A stretch of 64,000 nt of DNA, taken from positions 372,001 through 436,000 of the forward strand of contig OZ287068.1 in the NCBI GenBank assembly GCA_965645245.1, given 5' to 3'. Under the pieces are notes generated by a model that made no database searches, was not told the DNA's origin, and saw only the letters and a program-made list of their open reading frames with translations. Shown here piece after piece: positions 1 to 10,933 of the stretch; position 1 is the first letter of the stretch; each line of letters begins with the position of its first letter. A program made the position numbers and the translations under genes. This DNA comes from Massalongia carnosa (Eukaryota).

Positions 1-535
1 TGAAATGGCAAGCGACGCCCCTCTTGTGCTGTGGGATTGCATCTTCCCGCGCGAGGGTGGTGATCCTCGGCAGGATGCATTGGAATGGTTGTATGTGGGT
101 GATCCTGTAGACTCCAGCGATAGTCACGCGTCAGCTGCGGCGGGAAAAAACGATGGCAAGTTCGGACGTGGAGGGGTAGTGGACGAGATGTGGAAAGTGT
201 GGCGGGAGCGGAAAATCGATGAGGTCCTCGCCGGGAGCCTGCTAGACATAATTGCCCGGCAGGGAACCCAAAATGTTACCATCGCAAAGTCCCGTCCGGA
301 CGACGCCAGCAACAGAGAAAAGCCACGCGAGGTCGGCGGCAGCCAGAGAGTTTTCCAGGGTGGCAACAGCGCGCGGCCAGTCGGGCGTTATGTGCCTGTG
401 CTGCAGAGGTCGCGCACGGAGAGCGTCGAGGCCATCAACGCGAGGTATGCGAAGCGGAAAGGGTTCGAGCTGGACGGGGAGGCGCGCGAGAGCGGGTTTC
501 GGCGGTTTGAGCCCAGGGCTGGAAGCGTGGGTTGA
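1..535 (+). CDS. PUS3: 3' end of tRNA pseudouridine synthase (Pus3/Deg1, TruA family); gene begins upstream of the window
   Basis: EMASDAPLVLWDCIFP matches the Pus3/Deg1 C-terminal catalytic-domain motif (Y)EMAxDxPLxLxDC; ORF ends at the TGA at 533-535. Confidence 0.75.
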   Translation, partial: EMASDAPLVLWDCIFPREGGDPRQDALEWLYVGDPVDSSDSHASAAAGKNDGKFGRGGVVDEMWKVWRERKIDEVLAGSLLDIIARQGTQNVTIAKSRPDDASNREKPREVGGSQRVFQGGNSARPVGRYVPVLQRSRTESVEAINARYAKRKGFELDGEARESGFRRFEPRAGSVG

Positions 536-1305
536 GGCTGAACAATCTAGCTCAGGTTCATCCTGTTTTACCGCCCTTGAAGATTATCCTCTTTGTTTAT
601 GTGTACTTTGTAATATTTCTCATGCTCTTCTCGCCCACAGGTGCTAGTTCGCCTTTTTACCTATATCTTTTGCGTCCATAACCCATTCCCATCCCCCCTT
701 TTGGGATATGGGATTAGAAACCTAGTTGTTTTGTTATTCTATCGCTTCTCGATGGCTTTGTCTCTTGCATAGAGAGAGAGATGAGGGTAAGTGGGATAAA
801 CAAGAAAACCCGAATAACTTGGGAGATGTTTCTAGAATGAGACGAGATGATCAATGTCTGTTTCTCTAATTTCGTTTTCATTGCTTACTTTAACTCCTAC
901 GAACAAACAAACAAATAAATTAACAAGAAAAAGATCCCATTTGCGGCTCCTTTTTTTACCGTCTCCCCCGGCCCCAGTTTCTCTTATTTGTTTGCTTGCC
1001 TACGTGCGTGCGTGCGTACGTATGTAGGTCGAGAAGCGAAGTACGAAAGAGAGAGGGAATCTCAAGGGGTAATGGTTATTTATACCTATCCCTGAGCTTT
1101 CTGGCTTAGGTAGCTAGAATTCCCGATCCGTTTCTTGGGTCGCACACATACCCACCACCAAACGTTCCAAGTTGTGTGTCTCGTCAAAATTCTGCACGCA
1201 CGCCTAAAGGGACTGGCTCTAGCTTTGATAGCCTAAACTACTTAATAATAGCCACTACTACTACCCAGAACGCCCACCGCAGAAGCCAAAAACAACCATC
1301 TATGT

Positions 1306-4300
1306 TTATCTCTCCATCTCCATGGCTCTCGTCACGCCAGCGGCAGGCGCATGATTCGTTCCGCCCACCCGTGCGCCACATTCCGGGCACCGCGCCTCCT
1401 CCATCGGCATCCCGCACTCGCCGATGGCGAACTGTAGCGTTCACGTGTCAGTGGGTATCGTACACTTCGAAACCAAATAACCACTAGCACTGCCACTAAG
1501 GGGAGAGTAAGGATTCGGGGGGGTGGGAGGGCGAGAACTTACAGGATGGCCGTTCTGGCAATTATACCAATGACCGGAATGCGTGGCGATTCCCCCGGAG
1601 CCGCTGACCATGGCGGCTTTGATGGCGGCGGTTTCTTCCGCCGAGACGGGCTCGTACCATTCCTTCCCCAACAGCCGCAACGTCTCCTTGACGCCTTTTT
1701 GTAAGCTATCGGCGTTTTGGAAGCCTAGAACGCATAACTGCTCGGCCTCCTCTAGGTATTTCTTCGCCCGTTCGACGTATTCGGTTGACTTGTGGAGGTC
1801 GGAGCTCTTGGTGGCGAACGAGCATGACTGATAGAGCCGTGCGGTTCTACCGAAATGAATTCGGGCTTCGACGTTGAGTTTTGGGAGATTTTCCCCACTG
1901 CAGGCGGCTATGAATTGTTCGCATGACTTGAAGAGCCTTCCCGCTGATTGGTTGGGGTCGTCTCCTGGGAGTTTTATGCCAACGTTTTTGTCCAAGACGG
2001 GTTTGAGATCTTGCAGGAGTTGTAGCCTGTCGGCGAGAATGACAAAGTCAAGCTTAAGTTGGACGGCTCGAGCACCGTGAAGAACTCGTTGGTCTCGGGA
2101 AACGGTAGAAATGTCATTTGTTGTCAGTTGCTTCATCTGTTCCTCGAGGGGTCGCTTAGCTCGAATTGCTCTGACCGTGGCGTCGTAGAGTTTCCGTGCT
2201 GGTTGGGCCTTGTCAGTAACACTATTAAGGAAAGTTGAAACCTCCCTGATTAGCTTTTTTGAGTCCATAAACTTGCTTTCTAGACCTTGGACGATTTGAA
2301 CAGCATTTGCAGGGGTTAACTGCGACCCGGCTCGTTTGACCCGTTCCAGAAGTTTATCTCTTGATTTTTGCAAGTCCAAATCCAATTCGTTGGTTTTCCC
2401 TTCAAGCTCTAGCAGATATGCTTTACCACTCACAAGAAAGCGCTTCGACATCTCGTCAATGACACATCGGTTGATGGCTCGGTTGTAACGCTGAGTGACA
2501 TACTGCCGAATAGAACACTGGCAATCGGGGCATCGAGGTATAGCTCGAGCCAATGACCGGGATATGTCACCAAGAGCAGTAAAATTCCCCTCACCGTCTA
2601 TATCGTATGCATCTGCTATACCCGCATGGCCATCTAAAGTTTCAGCGGTGAAAAAGTGGCCGCAGGCTAACACAACGATGGGCGTTGTATCTAGATTGAC
2701 TTCACCAAAAGATCTGAACTCAAGAATATCCACTCGCTGCTCTTGTTTATCGGAGCACATCTGGCAATAGCCTTCTGGGCAAATCTCACCACAAAGGCTT
2801 GGGCATTGATGACCGCAAGTAAGATTTTTAGCGCAGCGTTGAGAACATGGGAGACGGTTGCAGGGCGCTGCACAAGGCATGGTACAAAGGCCTTGATGTT
2901 CGCAGGCCCAAGTGCAGTCTTGAATGCACGGTGCGCAGGCTTCGTGGCACTTCTTGTCACACATTGAATGGGCACATCGAACCTGTGTACGGTTAGGATA
3001 TGGTTTTATAATTTGGATATTTTATGTACGAGGACGCCTGGTCAATGAACAAAGAGTATATACCTCACAGGGAGCAAAACAGAGTCCACATTCCTTGCTA
3101 TCATGGCACTTCTTAGGACATGTATGGTTGCAGGTTCCAAGCCGTCGGCCACATATTTTGTGGCACTCGCTATGTTCAATCTTTGCAGGCTGATTCTCCG
3201 TCGCTGAAATGTTGCAGGTGCCACAGATTCCATGACACTTGTGGCCGCAAGCGAGATTGACGGTACAAGGCTTAGGACATCTGAAAAGCGCCGATGAGAT
3301 ATCTTCATAACAGGGGACTTCGACAATGTGACCACAACTTGGATTTCGCTTACGTATAGGCACAGTACATAAAATTTTTGAAAGGTCGTCTGTTTCAAAA
3401 CAGTTGGCATACTCCTTGATATGCCCACACATCAGCTTGACATCGTCAATCTTCGTTCTACAACGGCCGCAAGCATCACCGCAGCCTTTAGGACATTCAT
3501 GGCCACAAGGGCTGAACAGACGCTCGCAAGGCTGAGGGCACTTGAAAGCTTTGTGCATAGGGTCAGAATGACATTTCGCTAGGCATCGATGACCACAGTC
3601 ATCAAGCCTCCTATTATGAAATGGTTAACTCGAGAAATAAACCTAGCGAAGAACAAATCACCTATCGCAAGTCTTTCTACAACCACCTTCTGGGCTTAAA
3701 ATCGCAAAATCTTCTGGCTTGGAGACCAGTATCTCAGTCTCAGCGTGTCGAGGACAGCATAAACTGAAACTCCCGCCAACCGAGTCATTCCCTCGAAGCA
3801 TGCCAATAACTTGAGCCCACATTGGTATATTAGAATAAGTATCAGCATTCCCAATAATATACATCCCATGCTTGGCTCTACTCAGCAAAACATTGATACG
3901 ATTCGTAGTTTTCAGAAATCCAACAGTTTTTTCCTTGTTGCTTCGTACAAGGGAGATGACGATGACTTTAGCTTCCTCGCCTTGAAAATTATCTGAAAGG
4001 TTAGCGTAGGAACCAAGCCTAGTTGAGAATAAAATCACCTATCGTTGCGCATCGCAGAAGTTCGCTGACTGCCTTCTTTTGAAAACCAGGGCCCATGGCC
4101 GGCTCTTCGGATGGGGAAGCTGGGCTACCGTCTACAAATCCTTCCTTAGTCAGGGTTTCCTGGTCTCTGTCACTCAAGACAACTTCAAAATCATTCCGCA
4201 TTACGGCGCGGAGCTTCTGAAGCTGGCCGGCGTAGGGGGTAAGGACGGCAATATCTTTGCTATCATATATGCCTTGGCGGATGATATGCCGGACCAGAGC

Positions 4301-7300
4301 ATGAGCCATTCGCACCTCCCAGCTATTAGTCTTCGATTTTTGATCACCTTCTTGACGAGCGCCGTCCTCGTAATTGATGTGGTCATACCAGTACACGTTT
4401 TTTCTCATTCCAACTACATCCGAGAATACCTTGGTGACTTCATGATCTTCCAGTTTACTGTAAAGGGTATTTCGAACAAGGGCTGATATCTCGGGCCGCA
4501 TTCGGCGTTGAATATTCAACTGAGCTATGGGAAATGGAGGTTGGCCACGGGTGCCGACCGAAAGTCGTTCGAATTGACTACGATCTAACTGGTAGCGAAT
4601 GCCTTCACGGCTCTCAAGTGAGAGGCTGAAGTTATTAATTTGAGGTCGTAGTTGTTGATGGTCACCAATTTGGATAAGATGTTGAACGCTGGGGATAAGT
4701 GCAGATAACATATGGGCTTCTAAGACTTCACCTGCCTCTTCGCAGACAACGACCTTAGCGTTAACGTGCCGTAGAACGGAAATTCTTTTTGCTAGCCCGG
4801 ATGTCGTAACACCAATGACATCTGCTGTTTCCAAAACTCGACGATCGACCTCATCATAGACATCGCGAACTTGTTGTCTTAGTGTGTCATCTTCTTGTAT
4901 TGCATCAAAGATTCCGCCAACGGCATTTTCTTCAACCTCATGTAGCAAATGGCCCAAAAGAAGTCTTCGATCTACCACTGCCAACTGGTAAATTCTGCTT
5001 TTTGCAGCAGTGAGGATCGCCTTTAGATTCTGTAACGGCTTGTCCAAGTTTTCTAAGTTCTCCCCTTGTGCAGTCATCCAGAGGTCGAAGGGCTCAAGCT
5101 TTCCAGCCCGAGTAAAGCCCTCTTCGTCAATACGGGAGAACTGATGATGGATTTGTGGGTAATTAAGGCGTAGATGCTTATTGAGACTGACCCAACTTGC
5201 CTTTTGGAGGCCTCTGAGAATATTTAGCTTGGAGCTGACAGTCTTTCCCTGCTGTTCCATCTCTCCAAATGATCTACCTATTAGATGTCGCTCACTACCT
5301 GTTTTGGCTTCATCCCGAGCGACAAGCCGAAGGTTTTTTCCCTCTAGTATGGACGAAGAACTATGGCCCCCTATCCGGATTATTTTTTCGATTCCGATAT
5401 CCACGAGATGTTCAAGGAATTGATCCAAGGCGTGATTAGTGTAGCAACTAAGCAACAGTTAGATTGGTAGATAGGAGTAAGTTTAGGGTGACTCGATTGA
5501 CACGCAAACTCAACTAAGATCTCTTCACTTCATTAGGTTGCGGTGGAAGGGGAGAAAGATGTAGAGAGGAAATAGGTGGAAAGATAAAAGGGCGGATATG
5601 TTGGCAAGTAAGTAGGTATATATATAAGGAGGCAGAAGGTAGGCAGGGGGCATGGAGAAATGTAGGAATGTAGATAGATATGGACACATACAGGGGAGTT
5701 CTTGAGGGAAGCGATGGAGAAAGAGATAGAGGAATGAGTGAACGAGAAAGGGACGATTTGAAAACAAAGGGGAGCGGAGCTATGGGAGTAACTTATTACA
5801 AGAAAATGGAAGGGACTTACACTACAACGATAGGTCCGAGCTCGGCTTTGCTTTTGTTCGTAATTAGAACCTTCATAATATGAACTCCTAAATGAGATTT
5901 TCCCGTTCCAGGAGGACCCTGTATCAGTGCGAACTCGCGCGTGAGTGCTGTGATCAGTGCTTCGCATTGTCCATGGTCTAGTGAGGTCAACTGCTTGAGC
6001 TCGCGTGGTATGTTCCGATCGTTAGCTCCTGCACCTAATGCTAGAGTAGTGGTCGGGTCCTGGAGAATGGCTTTTAAATCAAACCTAAATCCCGCAGCTC
6101 GAGCATAAAGCGGAGGTGGAACCCGGAGTTCTGGGACATTTACATAACGTCCAGTGGTTGAGTTGGGGATGATCCAATCGGCAAAAGGGAGCTGACTCAC
6201 ACTCTGCATTTGTTGTATACTCTCCAACGTTGGGATAAACGTTGCTAGTAGAACCCTGGGAAACTCGATGAGAAGATTGAATTTGGATTTAGTGATACTC
6301 AGTCTAATGAGTGATTTTAGTTGGGTTTGATTTTGTCTGGCAGCAAGTTTCGCGGTAATGGATGCATAATAACCATCCGATGCGAGACCATGTTTGTCCT
6401 TCGAATCAGTGGTCTTTTGACTGACCGTAAGAAAATGTAAAGAGCTAGTTTGGCCTTCATGAGTGAGGAGACACAGCAGAGAGCCCTCTTCCATTCGTTT
6501 TGACTCCTCCCACCACCTTCGCCGTTCGGACACCGACTTCTTTCGCATATAAATCGGCTGGGGAAATGATAAAGTTACCTCAAGCCCCTCCTTTTTGCTA
6601 AACGTAAGATGCCTTACAGATGCTTCGCTATAGGAATGAGCGTGCATATTCCCTAAGGATTGCTTGGAAACTTGATTGATTTTCGGGTTTTTCTCATAAT
6701 TATTGAGTAGTTCACCAACCACTGACTTAAGTTCTCCGAAGATATCGTGGCGAAGCAGCCGGAAATGGGTATCAAAGTGTCGTTCAACTCCTTCAAGAAA
6801 ATGTGGCTGATCAATGTCTGGTGAAGGGAGAAACTCGGGGATTTCTGATCGAATCTCGCCTTCGGTTGGGAGAATTTAGATTTGGGTGATGTCCTTCTTG
6901 TCGTTGTCATGACGGTTACCAGGGAGTTGGATATCCCGTGGGTAGGTGGAAGTAACCACAGGCTTCGACTTGTTCCTACGTAATTCTTCTAGGTCTGCGT
7001 CGTCCACCAAAGCACCTTGAGAACGACGAATCATTCTATCAAGTTCGCCTATTCGCGCCGCAATGGTATGAAAAGCCACCGAACTTTCATCGAGACGGAA
7101 AGCTTCAGGTAAATTTTTACAACCGCAATAAGTGGTGGAAGGTCGTCATGAAATAGAGCTTTCGGAATACGTCTCATCACCTCGCGAAGGGCTATTACTG
7201 TTGCAATAATCATGTGCTCCATTGATTCCGTATCGTTTTTCGATGATGTGGTGTATTCCTGTAGTAGGCTGTTGGCTAAATATATGAAAAACGGAACCGC

Positions 7301-7879
7301 TCTTGTCCCACCACTTCCACTAACAAAGGTATAGAGATCTCCTACATAGATATCTACTGACAGGCAGTCCAGTAATGCTGGGTGAGTAATGACCATTAGA
7401 AATGGACGAGCAAGTCTGATAAATGTTGCTGCACCGCAGGCATTGACCTTCAAACCCATCAGATATTGAACGTGTTCTAAACCTTGTGGCTCGGCAAGAT
7501 CTTGAGGAAGCCTCTGCTGCCAATCTCTTTCTCCTGTAGTCAGAAGTTTAAGAGCTTCATCCCATAATCTTTGAGCAGTTTGTGTATCATCATTCCTTGG
7601 TGTAATCCTTAGGGTATTCTTCCAAGACTGGTAGTTTTCTCTCCCTAATTGCTGTTCTGGTGTTCGGTCGGGCCTCACTCTGAAGTGACCTGATGTTGAA
7701 GATGCCCCGATTTTTGGGTCTAGCTCATGTGAGTACTTGCACTTCTGGCCATAGCGGCAATGGCCTTCTTGGAGAAATCGACATTTCTTTTGGCCTGCTC
7801 TACCTCCGTTAATGCCTTGTCCACCTCCCCTTCGCTCACCACCTCTCCAGAAACCACCTTGTTTAATGGGCGGAGCCAT
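1306..7879 (-). pseudogene. ZNFX1/NFX1-type zinc-finger SF1 (UPF1-like) RNA helicase with N-terminal CCCH finger and C-terminal RZ finger; has a frameshift and an in-frame stop near the 5' end
   Basis: CCCH finger CRFLQEGHCRYGQKCKYSH; HDNDKKDITQI*ILPTEGEI; Walker A QGPPGTGKS; CYTNHALDQF; EEAGE; IGDHQQLRP; TIDNFQGEE; NRINVLLSRAKHG; many CGHxC NFX1 repeats. The spliced last exon (about 1431-1306) gives HWYNCQNGHP/FAIGECGMPMEEARCPECGARVGGTNH. Introns about 5820-5448, 4038-3993, 3661-3612, 3065-2984, 1542-1432. Lesions: frameshift about 7114-7118 and TAA at 6878-6876. Confidence 0.85.
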
Positions 7880-9066
7880 CTCAAACGATACTGGTAGGTT
7901 TGAATGATGATAGAATATGAGAACTGCGAAGGAGCTAGGTTTTGAAAAGCTGCATTTAGCAATGGAAGGAGAAGGTGATGGCCAGTTCGAAGATGATTAA
8001 ATAGAAAATAAGAGTGAGTGCGATAAAGGTTGAGGTTCACGCTCAATAGGCTTCAAGTTGACGTAAGTACCCGGTAGTATTCTTTCTAGTTAAAGAAAAC
8101 AAGCTAAGCGCTCTTGACGCATACAGTAGGCTCCCGAGCTTGGGTGTCATGCCCTGCTCTTGAGCCGGCTTGTTCTGTGTCTTCCAATTCCAAACAATGT
8201 TTGTCGTTTTAGAGACGATAGACCTGGATTAAGAAGGATATACTCCCGGGGTTCATCCACGTACGCCCCGCTGTGTAACCTTTCACCTGTTCATTCAACA
8301 ATTCAATTTAGATATTCACTTCGCTGTTCATTTCGCTATTCGCGTAACTGAAAGGGAATTAGCAAAGCCAGTGATAGCGCATGGAATAGATGGCTCAATG
8401 GCCAGACAATGGAAGGGCCGCGGGTTAGATGGCTAAATGACCAGACTGCTGGACCAATGGATGGGTAGCTAAATGAATAGCTATATCCGTTACCCAGATT
8501 TGATGTATCATTGCCTGGCTCAAACAAAACGATATCATCCTATATAACAATAAGCGCCATCCTTGGCTTTGATTTCAAAACGGCCGCAAGAATATGCGCC
8601 ATTCTCCTAGCCACTTCATTTTTCTGAATTGAGAAGTGCCCACCCGTGCGCATCTTCCGGGTGATACCATACGCCTAAGAAAAATTGGAGCCTTCTCAAA
8701 GGAGGGCGATGTGGGAATTTCGCTGCTCGTCATACTCCTAGGGTTTGTTTAAGACATTGTGGGAGCAAGGAATGCTTTGTCCTCTTCCTTCTCAGGAGTG
8801 TCTAGGGTGACAAGAGGAGTAAGGTGAGTTTTCGGTAGAGCAAAATTATGTCTAGCAATGAACGACAAAATTTTAGTACTCTTGTATAAAAGTAGGAAAC
8901 TTAAATGTTAAGATTCCATCAAGAAAATCTTTTAGAGGCAAGGCCCTGATACAAAAAAGCCAGGATGTCGACTTCTGACTCAACATAGGCGGATCTATCC
9001 TCACTGAAAATAAAGTCCATAAACTACTTTCGTTCTCGATCGCTCCATGATATTAATTTAGGACTA

Positions 9067-9460
9067 TTGGAAATAACGAACCTTGGTGGCAGAACCCTTG
9101 GTCCTGCCTACGAACATTCTGAAAACCCCGAAGATTTGACAGCCAGAGAAGGACATCAACTTTGCAAAGGTAATTGCCACTGCGGCTCTGTGATTTTCAT
9201 TGCGACTCTGAAGCCTCATGCGAAAATTAGAGCCACGGTCTGCGAATGAGTTCGTAGCGTCTGCAACAGCACGAGCTTTATCCAACCTTTTCCCTTGTGG
9301 CGCTTCACCCGTGTTCTTAACACCAGGACGTGCTAAGGATTTGTATCTTTGGCCAGCGATCCTACTCATAAATTCTGTGCCACGGGTGGAGTTTCAATGT
9401 TCGGCGAGCCGCATAATCCTTCAATGAACATACATCCAGTTAATGTGCGTGGTTTGACGA
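9067..9460 (+). pseudogene. Degraded GFA/Mss4-like (CENP-V/DUF636-type) zinc-binding protein fragment
   Basis: CKGNCHCGSVIF matches the GFA GxCxCG motif. HKFCATGGVSMF...PVNVR matches HxFCxxCG...VNVR but lacks the second Cys. No clean start codon or continuous frame. Confidence 0.55.
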
Positions 9461-9921
9461 CATTGATCTGTATGCCCTTGGTTCGAATGCCAATACTAAC
9501 TAGATTGGCTGATCTTTCCAATCGTGCAACAGATTTGGGCAGAATTTATCCTTTTCAGCTCCATCTGCCCCTCCGATCCTTAGAGTATCAATCCTTCAGC
9601 CACTTAGCCAGGGCTAGCGATCAGTTCCGCAATGTATTCAGAGTTGACATTGTGTTTTTCTGTTGCTCGTGTGTCCTACCATTTCACGTTTATTATCGAA
9701 TCTCATATCCCACATAAAGACTGGCTTCTCTCTGCCTTTGTTGGACTAGCCATAGAAAGCAACGGAGGCAATTTGTGGATATAGCGCGACGCAATAATCG
9801 TACCACCAAACTCCTAACCAATGGTATCCCTTGTGGCGCGTTTTCGTTTAATAAAACTCAGTCCCATCGCTGGTGCGTATTTGCTTGCTTGGCTCTTACA
9901 CAGACTTTCCCTTTTTTGCTC

Positions 9922-10528
9922 TCAAATCTCATTAGTTCCCTCCTCTGCATCCTCAACCTCATCCCCATTCCCATTCTCCACCCCACGCCCAAAAACCTCA
10001 CCCACAACCCCTAAAATAGCAAGCTGCTCCTCCTCCGTTAACCGTAGATCACACTCCTCCACCACACAGTCTAACAAGCCTAGCTCTTCGGGCCGAAGAT
10101 TCACCATCATGAGTAGCTCTGCCTTGGTCAGCTTGTAAGTTTCCAGCTTCGCGAGTAGCGCACGAATGGCAGCGGGAGTGTAGTGAGGAGGTTTATAAGG
10201 GGGGAGAGGGGAGAATCGGGAGGTTGGGGGAGAAAGGTATTCGGTTAGCTGAGCCGTAGATTAGATCTTGGTAATATTGCTTCAGATTCTGGTTCAGGAT
10301 TGCGGACAAGGGGTTGAAGGGAGAGAAATCTTACTTCTTTGAGGACGGTCTCAAGGTTCTGGCTTTTCGATGAGGTAGTACGAGGTTTTCTGCGCATAGC
10401 CTCGAGATGGGCAAGAACTTCTGGGTTTGAGAGAGTTGCGGACTGGGACTCAAGAACCTAAAAGATGAGTTCGTCAATAAAAACAAACGAGAACCAAAAA
10501 TCTTGAGGATAAGATATGACACCTTCAT
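9922..10528 (-). CDS. RPC17: RNA polymerase III subunit C17 (Rpb4/CRCP-like), 3 exons
   Basis: Spliced product MK|ILESQSATLSNPEVLAHL...NLETVLKE|LTEYL...KLTKAELLMMVNLRPEELGLLDCVVEECDLRLTEEEQ, the typical C17 HRDC-fold motifs. Confidence 0.88.
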
Positions 10529-10933
10529 GGTTGGCGATTTAGGTTTCAATGTGTGAAACTCGTTCGGAAAAAATCAATGGTGGACGTAGTTGTTGTAGCG
10601 GGCTGATAAGTAGATGAACGCTGAAAGATCGACCTAGTCCTACTTCTCGTCTCCGACCCTTGGCAGTGATAGCTGGTATTTCACACGTGTACTCTATATG
10701 AAAAAATGCACAGATCGCAATTGAAGGGTGAACAAGTACCATCAAGCACCATGCATGAAACGTCTTCTCATGCATTTTTGTCTCATTGATAACATTATGT
10801 ATGACATGAGACTGAGCTATCCTACGCCAGTATACACAGTACGCCATGTATTTACAAAGCCATGTCATACAGCGTGCAAATCTTGCCACCAGCCACTCAA
10901 CCAATCCCTCCACACGAAACCAGAAATACAACA

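Noticed and set aside
7101..7120. Micro-intron rescuing the ZNFX1 frameshift
   Set aside because: The nearest GT...AG span is 18 nt, too short to splice and a multiple of 3, so it cannot restore the frame.
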